Below are positions 16,837 to 26,217 of a DNA stretch of 64,000 nucleotides, in pieces; the first letter of the stretch is position 1, and each line of letters opens with the position of its first letter. Source of the stretch: a virus. The notes below the pieces were generated by a model. The model did not search any database, was not told where the DNA came from, and worked only from the letters and a program-made list of their open reading frames with translations. The DNA lies in the IMG/VR virus record IMGVR_UViG_3300040801_001687, positions 1-64,000 of that record. One strand, 5' to 3'. The position numbers and the translations under genes were made by a program.

Positions 16837-16864
16837 AACCCCAACAATAGTTGGGGTTTTATTT
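16837..16864 (+). terminator. Rho-independent terminator after the head operon
   Basis: AACCCCAAC/GTTGGGGTT stem plus T run. Confidence 0.8.
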
Positions 16865-16867
16865 TGT

Positions 16868-16877
16868 ACAATACTTA
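16868..16877 (+). promoter_or_regulatory. Putative late promoter ACAATACTTA
   Basis: Conserved 10-mer immediately after the terminator. Confidence 0.6.
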
Positions 16878-16904
16878 ATACTTATATTCAAAAGGATTAT
16901 TTAA

Positions 16905-17765
16905 ATGGAAACCTATAAAACAAAAGACTTTGATTTTATCGTAATTGAAAACTCAATTATAGATAAATCATTCTATCCAATAAACCCCGATGGAACACCT
17001 TACTCTATGTCGGGCTCTTCAGTGTCAATGAAGATATACACTGACCCTGTAACTTCTATGGGCTTAACTTTAAATGGAACAGATGATACAGTTGGTACTG
17101 TTAGGTTAGATTCTTCAATAACCTCCACTCTTCAAACTTTGGAATATTCTATTGTAGAGACTAAAACTAATGGGGAGATAATAACCCTTTTCCAAGGTAC
17201 TATATCTATACAATCGGAATCTCAATTTACCACATCAGTTAATTCTTTAATAGAAGGGTTAAAACCTGATGGTATTAATTTAGACCCTAATTTTAAAAAC
17301 CAACAAATTACTTATTGGAGATTATACCTTCAACCTTTAACTACTCCTCCAATAGATGATGAAAATTTAAATAGCGATGAAAACTGGCCCCCTCTAGTAA
17401 ACTTTCTTATTGCTTATTTAGTCATTTATGATTTCTTAAAGAAATATGCTAGAAAAGCATTTTCTGATATGTTTGGAAATGGAGCTGCTGATACTGAAGG
17501 AGCTCAAATAAAGAAGATAGAAACTGGCCCCACTAATGTGGAATACTTTGATTCGGCTTCAGCCTTACAAAATGTATTTAAAACTAATACCCAAGGAATG
17601 TCACCTTTTGATAAGTTGGCAGAAGAAGCTTGTATGCTTTCAAAAAGGTTGAGGATATACTTACCAATATGTGGACATTTAAGTCACAACCCAGTAATTC
17701 CCCACAAGGTTGGACGACCTCCAATTAAAGATGCTATAACTATTCTAAATAAATACTATGGGTAA
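16905..17765 (+). CDS. Head-tail adaptor with an extra N-terminal beta domain
   Basis: Synteny; IKKIETGPTNVEY hairpin typical of adaptors; N-terminal BppU-like beta pattern. Confidence 0.6.
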   Translation: METYKTKDFDFIVIENSIIDKSFYPINPDGTPYSMSGSSVSMKIYTDPVTSMGLTLNGTDDTVGTVRLDSSITSTLQTLEYSIVETKTNGEIITLFQGTISIQSESQFTTSVNSLIEGLKPDGINLDPNFKNQQITYWRLYLQPLTTPPIDDENLNSDENWPPLVNFLIAYLVIYDFLKKYARKAFSDMFGNGAADTEGAQIKKIETGPTNVEYFDSASALQNVFKTNTQGMSPFDKLAEEACMLSKRLRIYLPICGHLSHNPVIPHKVGRPPIKDAITILNKYYG

Positions 17766-18225
17766 TATCGGAAAAGCTCGTTGGAATAAGTATAAAAACC
17801 TTATAAATAAAATTCATAAGGAGTTTAACCAGGACACCTTAACTTGGAGGAAACATACTCCACAAGGTGTAACTCAATTTAATGAAGGTATTGAGAATAA
17901 TTATGAAGATTTTGAATTAAAAATTCTTATTGGTTATAACTCTTATAGAACATGGCCAATAACAAAACATAATCAGGATACTGGAGAAATAGATAACCAA
18001 AATTTAGTGGTATATATTAATGTTAGCTATCTAAAAGAGTTGGGATATACTGACCAACATGGGTATTTTCAATTTAATCCCGCTAATGATAAATTTATAC
18101 ATAGGGGTATAATCTATAAGGGTGAAGGGGATACATTTTTATCTCAAGCAAGTGATGAGCCTTTATTATTTATATTGGTATTGAGAAGAGAAGAGGAGAT
18201 AACAGGTAAGAGTAGATTTAACTAA
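17758..18225 (+). CDS. Putative head-closure protein
   Basis: Synteny, size, beta-rich. Confidence 0.55.
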   Translation: MGNIGKARWNKYKNLINKIHKEFNQDTLTWRKHTPQGVTQFNEGIENNYEDFELKILIGYNSYRTWPITKHNQDTGEIDNQNLVVYINVSYLKELGYTDQHGYFQFNPANDKFIHRGIIYKGEGDTFLSQASDEPLLFILVLRREEEITGKSRFN

Positions 18226-18227
18226 AA

Positions 18228-18719
18228 ATGATAGGGGTTAGTTTTATAGGTGATTGGACTGGGGTTCAAGCAGGATTAACTGCTTTACCCCAGATATTAA
18301 AATCTTCAGCTGACTGGGGAAATAGAAAAGCTGCAGAAAAACTAGTTAAAATTGCCAAAGCTCACATTGATAACCAAGATTTGGGATGGCCTGCTTTATC
18401 ATCAAGTAGTAATTCAGGTGACCCACGAATCCTAGTAGACACTGAAGATATGAGAAACTCCATAAAGGCATGGAGACAAAATTATAAATATTATGCGGGT
18501 ATTCCAATGAATGCTCACAACTCAAGAGGTATTAGAATAGCTGACATTGCTATTATGCACGAGTTTGGATATGGAAATATGCCCCAAAGGTCTTTATGGG
18601 GACCATCTATCCAAGACCTAGGGGGAAGAAAGGGTATACAGAAGATTGTTTCAGATGCAATTTATAATAAAATTAAATTCCTAAGAACTAAAGGTATTCA
18701 AGTAGACTATAGATTATGA
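18228..18719 (+). CDS. Neck/tail-completion (virion morphogenesis) protein
   Basis: LVDT..MRNSI and IA.MHEFG...MPQRSLW motifs. Confidence 0.75.
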   Translation: MIGVSFIGDWTGVQAGLTALPQILKSSADWGNRKAAEKLVKIAKAHIDNQDLGWPALSSSSNSGDPRILVDTEDMRNSIKAWRQNYKYYAGIPMNAHNSRGIRIADIAIMHEFGYGNMPQRSLWGPSIQDLGGRKGIQKIVSDAIYNKIKFLRTKGIQVDYRL

Positions 18720-20788
18720 GAGAGATTTTAGACACTCAAAAACTTGTGGAAAGAACTTTCGAGAATGAGGTTTATAAAATCTTGTTAGGGGAGGGGTGGA
18801 TTCCTAATAGGTTAAATTATACAAATGATTACCAAGGCTATATTGATGAAAAAAATCAGATAGCTAATAATAGAGGTTTTGCTGTAGAGGTTTTTGGACA
18901 TGGCTCAGCAAGGGATAGAGAGATAAAAGAAGTTCCAAGAATAGTTATAACGGGTTCAGGTTTTTATACTGGAAGTGTAGGAGATAATTTTCCAGGTTCA
19001 ATAGAAAGTAACAATGACGGTACTTTTAGAAAACAAAGGTATAAAGGTACATCTTCAACCTATAGAATAGAGGTTACCCTAATTTCACAAACTTCTACTC
19101 AAGATAGAATTTTGGAGCAGGTTAGACAAGCAGCTTTACCCAATTTAACATTTTTAGGATTTTATAATAACCCCGAAAGTAGGTTTGTAATTACTTATGG
19201 GTTTGTTAAGGAGAACAGTGATTATAATCATAGGATTATAGAAAGAACTTATATATATGAAGCCTTAGATGTAGAGGAACAAGGACAAGATGTAGTAGAT
19301 TCTAACATATCTAAAATCAGAGAAATTGATACAGGTATTGGGGAGGATAATTTAATAATTAAAGCTAAGGCTAAATTATTAATTAACACCGAAAACCTAA
19401 CCATACAAGAAAAAACTATTTCTTTAGAGATATCTAAAGGCCCATCAGTTAACCTTAACATATCTAAAGAATCATTAACATTAACCGAGAAATCAATCTC
19501 GTTTAGTATTAATAATCAATTAGTAAACCTTAATATTATTAAGGAATCATTAACTTTAGAAGAAAAGCCATTAACTTTTAGTATTAATAATCAATTAATA
19601 AATCTAAACCTAAATAAAGAATCCCTAACCTTAGAAGAAAAAATATTAACCCTTGTTGTAAATAACCAAATACAAGAAATTAACTTAAATAAGGAATCTT
19701 TAATTTTATCCGAAAATATTATAGTTGTTGAATCCCCTATAGGTGTAAATAATAATATTATAACTAATGATGGAGGTGAATTACTAGGGGGTTATACTCT
19801 ATCTAATTCTCCTTCATTAGAGAATAACCAACCACCTTTAGTAGATAATATTACCTTTAGTGGAACAGAATCAGAAGGTGAAGATTTAACTGTTACTGTT
19901 ATTTGGGAAAAGAATACTCAAGCTAATGAAGGAACCCACGAATTAAAAATTTATAGGCATTCCGATATAAACGGTTCTGGTAGAGTTTTAGCATCAACAT
20001 TAACAACAAGTACTACAACATATTTAGGGGATAATAAATACTCAACTGAATTTACTTATACATTAGTACTTGGGGATGTTAGTAAGTATTTAGCATTTGA
20101 GGCTATAGTAAAAGTAACCGGAGTTGAAAATACAGACTCTTTACCTAACAGCTCTGATTTTACAGAATTAATATCTAGTACCTCATTTAACCCTGCTAAC
20201 CTGGGGGCTGGAACTTCTAATGTATCTTTAAGAAATATAGGAGTTCCAGGTAATTGGAATAGCGACCCTAATCCAGTTTGGGTAAATGAGGGTAGTACTA
20301 CAAACGCAACAGTAGGTACAGGAAAACCTGTTTGGAATGATGTTGACCAAAGAATGGAGTTTACAAAAGCTTCTTTACACCAACTATTAGTAGCTAAAGG
20401 AACAATATCAGAACCTTGTGAAATATGGATTAAGGGTAAATTTGATATTACTGATGTAATGGTAATGTTTGGGTTTAGTTCATCCATAGAATTTAGGAAA
20501 TCTGCCTCTAGCTTTAGAATGAATGGGCAAAATATAGCCCCGGCTGATTTAAATGAACATTTGTTCAGGTTTAGACTTAACGGAGTAAACAGTTTTCTAA
20601 AAATAGATAGTGATACTCCTATAACCTTTGATTCAACTAGTTCTACTTTGGGTTCAGGAGATTTAGAGTTAGGAGCTAATAATAGTGGAAATTACTTAGA
20701 AGGTTTTATTAAGAATTTTCACCTATATAATTTTTTAGTTGAAAATCAAGATGAGACGGATATGAACTCTTATTTTAACGTAACTTAA
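18716..20788 (+). CDS. Putative tail terminator fused to 25-aa repeats, an Ig-like domain and a lectin/LamG-like domain
   Basis: N-terminal ~210 aa sit in the terminator position (PRIVI motif); tandem repeats; beta-rich C-terminus. Confidence 0.55.
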   Translation: MREILDTQKLVERTFENEVYKILLGEGWIPNRLNYTNDYQGYIDEKNQIANNRGFAVEVFGHGSARDREIKEVPRIVITGSGFYTGSVGDNFPGSIESNNDGTFRKQRYKGTSSTYRIEVTLISQTSTQDRILEQVRQAALPNLTFLGFYNNPESRFVITYGFVKENSDYNHRIIERTYIYEALDVEEQGQDVVDSNISKIREIDTGIGEDNLIIKAKAKLLINTENLTIQEKTISLEISKGPSVNLNISKESLTLTEKSISFSINNQLVNLNIIKESLTLEEKPLTFSINNQLINLNLNKESLTLEEKILTLVVNNQIQEINLNKESLILSENIIVVESPIGVNNNIITNDGGELLGGYTLSNSPSLENNQPPLVDNITFSGTESEGEDLTVTVIWEKNTQANEGTHELKIYRHSDINGSGRVLASTLTTSTTTYLGDNKYSTEFTYTLVLGDVSKYLAFEAIVKVTGVENTDSLPNSSDFTELISSTSFNPANLGAGTSNVSLRNIGVPGNWNSDPNPVWVNEGSTTNATVGTGKPVWNDVDQRMEFTKASLHQLLVAKGTISEPCEIWIKGKFDITDVMVMFGFSSSIEFRKSASSFRMNGQNIAPADLNEHLFRFRLNGVNSFLKIDSDTPITFDSTSSTLGSGDLELGANNSGNYLEGFIKNFHLYNFLVENQDETDMNSYFNVT
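19373..19735 (+). repeat. 75-bp (25-aa) tandem repeat, 4-5 copies
   Basis: Units start at 19451, 19526, 19601 and 19676 (NLNxxKESLTLxEKxxxFxINNQxx), with a degenerate unit before them. Confidence 0.85.
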
Positions 20789-20790
20789 TT

Positions 20791-22671
20791 ATGGCTAATA
20801 GAGTAGTAACAAATGAAACTTCCGAAAGAACTACTTACAATAACCCTATTGTAAATGGGAGGCGTATTGTTAATGGGGATATAATTATAGATACCTTTAC
20901 TAATGAAAGTAAAAACGTTATATTCTATACAGATTCTGAAACAGTGTTTTCAGGAGCTAGGTTAGGAGCTACAATTTGGATTAAAAACCCTAATGGTAAT
21001 CCTATATCAGCTTTTTGGTTAAGAACTACAGATGATTTAGAGTGGGCAATTAGTGATGTAAATAATCCAGTTGTTATAACTGCTTTAGAAGGTCAAGTTA
21101 TATTTAGAAAGATACCCAATAATGATAACCCTTACAATATTAATATTACTAACCTAGCTTATGTATCTCTTTGGGGAGAGACAGAATCCCACCCAGGTAT
21201 GAGGAATGGTTGGGGTCCTTTTAAACACGGTACTTTTGGAATACAAGTTGATAGGTGGGGAAACCCTGAACCGGGTCAAAATAATTTTACAATAGGTGGA
21301 GACTTTTTAAGTGGTATAGAAGTAATAGGGGTAGAATCAATCCATGGTTTTGCTAGGTATAGAAGTGAACCCACTGCTCCAGGTTTAGAAAGTAGAAGGG
21401 TTGATTATTTTAGATTAAAGAGAAGCTTTCTTCATACTGGGGAAACAGGGGAAGGGATATATATAGGGTCTACTAAAGCTCCTCCTTATGCATTATTTGA
21501 AAATGTATTAATTGAAGATGTTCTTTGCACTAGAGCAGCTGCAGAAGGATTTCAAATGCAACATATGGTAACTGGTTCAAGAACTGGAATTATAAGAAAT
21601 ACTATATGGCATGCTAATGGAGCTGATTGGAAAGCAGCCTTTCAAAACTTTCAATCAGCAGGTTTACAGTTATCCTACGATGAGGGTGATATATTATTTG
21701 AAAATTCTATTGTAGATGGTTGGGGTAGTAATGGTTTAACTTTATTTAAAGCTGATGAAGGTTTATTAGTTAATAATAAAAAAGTAAGGTTTAGGAATGT
21801 ACTTTGGTTAAATGGGAGAAATAGGGGTATATATTTCAATGCCAACGATGATGCTATACCAATTGAATTTAATCAGTGTGAGTTTGGGGAGATGGTAGAT
21901 AATTGGGAAGAGACTTACCCTAATGAGGTTGCAGCAGACCACCATATGGATGTAGCTAATGACATTGACCTTATTTTAAAATATTGTAAATATAGAAACA
22001 ATAAAACCTTTTACACAGGAACTTATCAAGGTAATGTTAAAGAAGTTGAGAATAATGGGTTTCCAACTCAAGAGTACCCAGAGTATTTAAACTCAGACCC
22101 CATATCCCAAGATACTGAAAAATATGAGGTTTGGCATGAAGAGTATGCAGACTGGACTGTTAACCAAGGGCATGCTGCTAACACAAAAATTGAATTTAAC
22201 CAAGGGGATACTGTATTTAATACCCAAGATAAAAGATTTTACAGGTGTCTAATAACTCATACAAGTTCAGCTTCAACACGACCTGATTTAGATAATACTA
22301 ATTGGTTATTACTAACTTGGGATAAAACTAATGGGGTTGCTAATGATAAACCCGGTTGGGATTTTAATAACCCACAAAGTATATACCCACCTGATGATTA
22401 TAGGTTAGCTATAGGTAATACTCATAATACTTTAGGAAGGGGGTTAAGTAGTAACCCAACCCCCTACACTTTCTATAATTGGCAATATAGTGAAGATGAT
22501 GGTTCTAATAATCCCGATGGAATTTGGGTTAATATAGCGGATATAGAATCTAAAAAATTAAACTATACTCCACCTACTGGGTTGAATAGACATTATAGGA
22601 GAGTAGTAACAGTTAAAAATACAACAGGTCAAGAAATAGAGAGTATATCAAATACTATTCAAGTTATTTAA
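20791..22671 (+). CDS. Putative beta-helix polysaccharide depolymerase with a carbohydrate-binding module
   Basis: GEGIYIG/EGFQ/GLQL parallel-beta-helix turns; CBM5/12-like FNQGDTV...YRCLITHTS...W; C-terminal Ig-like strands. Confidence 0.6.
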   Translation: MANRVVTNETSERTTYNNPIVNGRRIVNGDIIIDTFTNESKNVIFYTDSETVFSGARLGATIWIKNPNGNPISAFWLRTTDDLEWAISDVNNPVVITALEGQVIFRKIPNNDNPYNINITNLAYVSLWGETESHPGMRNGWGPFKHGTFGIQVDRWGNPEPGQNNFTIGGDFLSGIEVIGVESIHGFARYRSEPTAPGLESRRVDYFRLKRSFLHTGETGEGIYIGSTKAPPYALFENVLIEDVLCTRAAAEGFQMQHMVTGSRTGIIRNTIWHANGADWKAAFQNFQSAGLQLSYDEGDILFENSIVDGWGSNGLTLFKADEGLLVNNKKVRFRNVLWLNGRNRGIYFNANDDAIPIEFNQCEFGEMVDNWEETYPNEVAADHHMDVANDIDLILKYCKYRNNKTFYTGTYQGNVKEVENNGFPTQEYPEYLNSDPISQDTEKYEVWHEEYADWTVNQGHAANTKIEFNQGDTVFNTQDKRFYRCLITHTSSASTRPDLDNTNWLLLTWDKTNGVANDKPGWDFNNPQSIYPPDDYRLAIGNTHNTLGRGLSSNPTPYTFYNWQYSEDDGSNNPDGIWVNIADIESKKLNYTPPTGLNRHYRRVVTVKNTTGQEIESISNTIQVI

Positions 22672-22672
22672 A

Positions 22673-22682
22673 ACAATACTTA
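22673..22682 (+). promoter_or_regulatory. Putative late promoter ACAATACTTA
   Basis: Conserved intergenic 10-mer. Confidence 0.6.
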
Positions 22683-22709
22683 ATATTATTAAAAATAAAT
22701 TATATAGAT

Positions 22710-23123
22710 ATGCCAGTACTTAATGCTTTTAAAAGAAGAATGTTCGATAGCCAATTGGCTTTAGGGGATTTAAAAATGATGTTATTGGATGATAACCATT
22801 CAACAGATATAGACACTCAAGAGTTTATTGATGATATTTCTGCTAATGAGGTATCATCTTCCGGCTATACCGCAGGGGGAGTAACTTTAGCCAACCCTAA
22901 TGTAGTAGTTGATAATGCTAATGACGAAGCCTCGATTGATGCTGACAATGTTTCTTTAGTGGGTATAACTGCTACCGTAAGATATCTAGCTTTCTATGTT
23001 GACACGGGAACTCCTGGTACTTCTCCTATTATAAACATCTATGATTTAACTACTAACCAAGTTTTGAATAACCAAGATTTGGATATTAATTTTGAATCTA
23101 CTGGTATAATAGGTTTAGCATAA
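22710..23123 (+). CDS. Small virion structural protein (NEV..SGYTAGG type)
   Basis: 137 aa, acidic, has its own promoter motif. Confidence 0.7.
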   Translation: MPVLNAFKRRMFDSQLALGDLKMMLLDDNHSTDIDTQEFIDDISANEVSSSGYTAGGVTLANPNVVVDNANDEASIDADNVSLVGITATVRYLAFYVDTGTPGTSPIINIYDLTTNQVLNNQDLDINFESTGIIGLA

Positions 23124-23125
23124 AA

Positions 23126-23135
23126 ACAATACTTA
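23126..23135 (+). promoter_or_regulatory. Putative late promoter ACAATACTTA
   Basis: Conserved 10-mer before the sheath gene. Confidence 0.6.
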
Positions 23136-23166
23136 ATATTTCTAATATAAATAAATGTAATTAATT

Positions 23167-24723
23167 ATGCCAAATTCTGCAAAAGTTAAATTTAATGAAA
23201 TTGACCTTTCTTCTTTTATTGATTCACTAATAGGGGGTATAGCTGCAGTTTCATTACAAACCCTAAGAGGCCCTTATGGACATGATGGTTCTGTAATTGC
23301 TACTTGGCCTGAGTTTGTAAAGAAATATGGGGGAGAGGTTGAAGGTTTAGAAGGTGCATCTTTAGTAAAGAGAGCATTTTCTTATGGTTGTGCATTAAGG
23401 GTAAATAAGGTTGGTAATTATACTGACCCGGCAGATGCTGGAACTCTTACTGCTGAAAAAGCAGCTTTTGATGCTGCTCTGGGTTCTAATGCTGTTGATA
23501 CAGAGGATTATTTTGAAGTAGTTCCAAAATATGCCGGAGCTGACTATAATAACTTAGTAGTTCAAATATTAGAGGCTTCCAATGGAGATGCTGATGCCTT
23601 TGATTTAGTTGTATCACACCTTAATGAGCCATCTTTGGGAGAAATTTATCAAAACTTAAAAATTGAGGGTACTCCTACTATTGCTGAATCCGATTATCTT
23701 AACAGAGTAAAATCTGGTTCAGCTCTTATAGATATTAACTATTTGGATTGCTCTGGATTATCAGGACAATTAAGACCCGATGATGGTACATATTCAGCAA
23801 CAACTGGTTCTAATGGTGACCCAGTAACAGCAGCGGACTATGAAGGCGATGAAGCCGGGGGTACTGGAGTATATGCTTTTGACCAATACAGTGATTTTGA
23901 GGTTATAGCTTCTTTAGATAATTCAGATACTTCGGTATTACAAGCATATTCAGCTTACACTGACAGTAGACAAGATTCAGTAACATTTGCACACCTTAAG
24001 AATACTTCTAATACTGTAACTAAATTAATTACTGAAAGAGGGGATACAAATATAGATTCTCGATTCACTGCTTTCTTTGCGGGGGGTTTAGAAATCCCTG
24101 ACCCATTCCTAGAAAATACTCAAAAAGAAATTTCTGAATTAGGGGATGTATTGGGGTTAGCAATGTTCTCTTCAAGAGAATTTGGCCCATGGTGGAGTTT
24201 TGCTGGAACCCAAAGGGGGGTAATAAGAAATGCCTCTGATGTAGTTAATAATTTCTATGGGGCTAACACTATTAAGTTAGACCAACTTGCTCAAAGACAA
24301 ATTAACGTAGTAGTTAATCAAAACGGTAGAATCTATATTAAAGGAAATTTTTCTGCCCAAATGGCTTCTTCAAGAAAAAGCTTTTTAAATGTGGTTAAAT
24401 TAATTATATTTATTAAGAAATCACTAAGGCCTAATATGGAACTTTATTTAGAAGAACCGAATGACTTTAGAACCTTCTTACAAATATACAACGAAGTGGA
24501 ACCGTTTTTATCATCTTTAGTAGGGGGAGAAAAAAGAGCTTTAGTTGATTATGAGTGGAGGGGTGACCAATTTGCTACAAAGGATTCTGAGTTAGTGATT
24601 AATAATAGAGCTGATTTAGACCAAGGTAAATATAGAGTTCAACTTTGGTTAAAAGAAGTAGTCTCTTTACAAGAGTTTACTATTGATATTATCTCTGCAC
24701 CATCCGGCGTATCTTTTGAATAA
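23167..24723 (+). CDS. Tail sheath protein
   Basis: EIDLS N-terminus, WWSFAG..RG, FLNV..L, EEPND motifs. Confidence 0.92.
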   Translation: MPNSAKVKFNEIDLSSFIDSLIGGIAAVSLQTLRGPYGHDGSVIATWPEFVKKYGGEVEGLEGASLVKRAFSYGCALRVNKVGNYTDPADAGTLTAEKAAFDAALGSNAVDTEDYFEVVPKYAGADYNNLVVQILEASNGDADAFDLVVSHLNEPSLGEIYQNLKIEGTPTIAESDYLNRVKSGSALIDINYLDCSGLSGQLRPDDGTYSATTGSNGDPVTAADYEGDEAGGTGVYAFDQYSDFEVIASLDNSDTSVLQAYSAYTDSRQDSVTFAHLKNTSNTVTKLITERGDTNIDSRFTAFFAGGLEIPDPFLENTQKEISELGDVLGLAMFSSREFGPWWSFAGTQRGVIRNASDVVNNFYGANTIKLDQLAQRQINVVVNQNGRIYIKGNFSAQMASSRKSFLNVVKLIIFIKKSLRPNMELYLEEPNDFRTFLQIYNEVEPFLSSLVGGEKRALVDYEWRGDQFATKDSELVINNRADLDQGKYRVQLWLKEVVSLQEFTIDIISAPSGVSFE

Positions 24724-24743
24724 ACTTAAATAAAATATAGATT

Positions 24744-25199
24744 ATGGCTAACGTATCAAATCCACATAAAAAGTTTCAATTTAGTATAGCTATATTGGGC
24801 ATGAATCCATTTCTTGCTCAAAAAGTTACTACTGCGGAAAGAGATTTAGACCAGGTGGAACATGGAGAAGGAAACCATGTTATTAAAACAGCTGGTATGG
24901 TAAAATTAGGAAACATAATGGTAGAAAAGATTTCATCTGCCGATGGGCCTGATAGATTATTTTGGGATTGGATTGCTTCAATTCAAAATGAATTTATAGG
25001 TGGGGGTTTAATTCCTGACAATTATAAATTCCCAATACAAATACAGAAATATGCCACTGATGGTCTTACTGTAATTGCAACCTGGAACTATATAGGATGT
25101 TGGGTAAAGAAAATCAATGGGGTGGAACTCGACAGAGTATCATCTGAAAATACCATTGAGAGTTTGGAGTTATCAGTAGATAGACAAGCTTATTTATAA
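24744..25199 (+). CDS. Tail tube protein (T4 gp19-like)
   Basis: NP...FQF, LFWDW, W....CW...ELD....E..IESLEL. Confidence 0.9.
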   Translation: MANVSNPHKKFQFSIAILGMNPFLAQKVTTAERDLDQVEHGEGNHVIKTAGMVKLGNIMVEKISSADGPDRLFWDWIASIQNEFIGGGLIPDNYKFPIQIQKYATDGLTVIATWNYIGCWVKKINGVELDRVSSENTIESLELSVDRQAYL

Positions 25200-25218
25200 A
25201 ACTAAAATTTACTATTTG

Positions 25219-25254
25219 AAAGAGCTATCGGATTTAATCTAATAGCTCTTTTTT
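25219..25254 (+). terminator. Rho-independent terminator
   Basis: AAAGAGCTAT/ATAGCTCTTT stem plus T run. Confidence 0.75.
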
Positions 25255-25279
25255 GTTTAACCCTTAAATAATTAAAACA

Positions 25280-26059
25280 ATGTCAGAAAAAATTGTAAGG
25301 GATGTGGCTAATGATGGATATCAGCTTACACCTAATACAGAAACTTTTAAATTACCTGATGGTAGAATGATTACCATTAGAGAGAGAAATGGTGAGGATG
25401 AGGATATTCTTTCCAAGGTACAGAATAATGATGATGGTAGTGCCTTTGATAAATTTCTTTATAATATTATAGAGGATTTAGATAATCAAGGTAAACCCAC
25501 TAGAGCCCAAATATCTTCTTTTAAGAATCGTTCAAAATATTACATTTTATATAAATCAAGGATTCAAGCTTTGGGTGATGAGATGGAGTTTGAACATACC
25601 TTTGAAAATGGTGATAAGTTTGAATTTACCGAAGATTTAAAAATCTTTGATTTTGACTGGGAAAAGAAAGATTTAGAAGATAGAGAAGAATTTCAAATAG
25701 AACCTTATAAAGAGGCAGGAGATTCATTCTCATTTACATTATCTAGTGGATTAACTTGTAAAATGGATTATCTGACTTCAGCAATGGAATCCACAACGCT
25801 AGCAAAGGATATATCACAGCTTAGCATCAATGAGAAACTAAGGATAAGAAACTTTAGAGTTGCTGATAAAGGGGGAGACTTTGTTCCGGTAGTAAACTTT
25901 AAAATGTTTCCTACTAGATTGATGCAAGAAATAAGAAAATACCTTAAAGAGTATGATTCAGAGTTTACATTAACAACAAGTTTAAAGCATCCTTCAAAAC
26001 CAATTCGAGAGGAGGTGTCATTGTTTATGTACTCGGATTTTTTCTTCCCAAAGGTTTAG
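25280..26059 (+). CDS. Tail assembly chaperone (G-type)
   Basis: Between tube and TMP; FKLP...RERNGEDEDIL; ends DFFFP at a slippery site. Confidence 0.75.
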   Translation: MSEKIVRDVANDGYQLTPNTETFKLPDGRMITIRERNGEDEDILSKVQNNDDGSAFDKFLYNIIEDLDNQGKPTRAQISSFKNRSKYYILYKSRIQALGDEMEFEHTFENGDKFEFTEDLKIFDFDWEKKDLEDREEFQIEPYKEAGDSFSFTLSSGLTCKMDYLTSAMESTTLAKDISQLSINEKLRIRNFRVADKGGDFVPVVNFKMFPTRLMQEIRKYLKEYDSEFTLTTSLKHPSKPIREEVSLFMYSDFFFPKV

Positions 26060-26217
26060 GTGAATTCTTTTACCAGCCTTTGGAATACCAATATTTTTAT
26101 GTATGCCAGGCAAAATTTAATTTTAGTGAATATGAATTTAGAAGGCTTCCAACTTCAAGGAGGTTAGTATATTTAAATATTGCTAAAAATTATGCTGAAA
26201 AGATGGAAAATATATGA
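26047..26217 (+). CDS. -1 frameshift extension (GT-type chaperone) from slippery site C CCA AAG
   Basis: Heptamer at 26047-26053; -1 frame reads GLGEFFYQPLEYQYFYVCQAKFNFSEYEFRRLPTSRRLVYLNIAKNYAEKMENI* and ends in an ATGA overlap with TMP. Confidence 0.8.
   Translation, partial: PKGLGEFFYQPLEYQYFYVCQAKFNFSEYEFRRLPTSRRLVYLNIAKNYAEKMENI

Noticed and set aside
19373-19735. Repeats as a possible CRISPR array or DGR template/variable pair
   Set aside because: They are in-frame coding repeats with no unique spacers; there is no cas or reverse transcriptase gene in the window.
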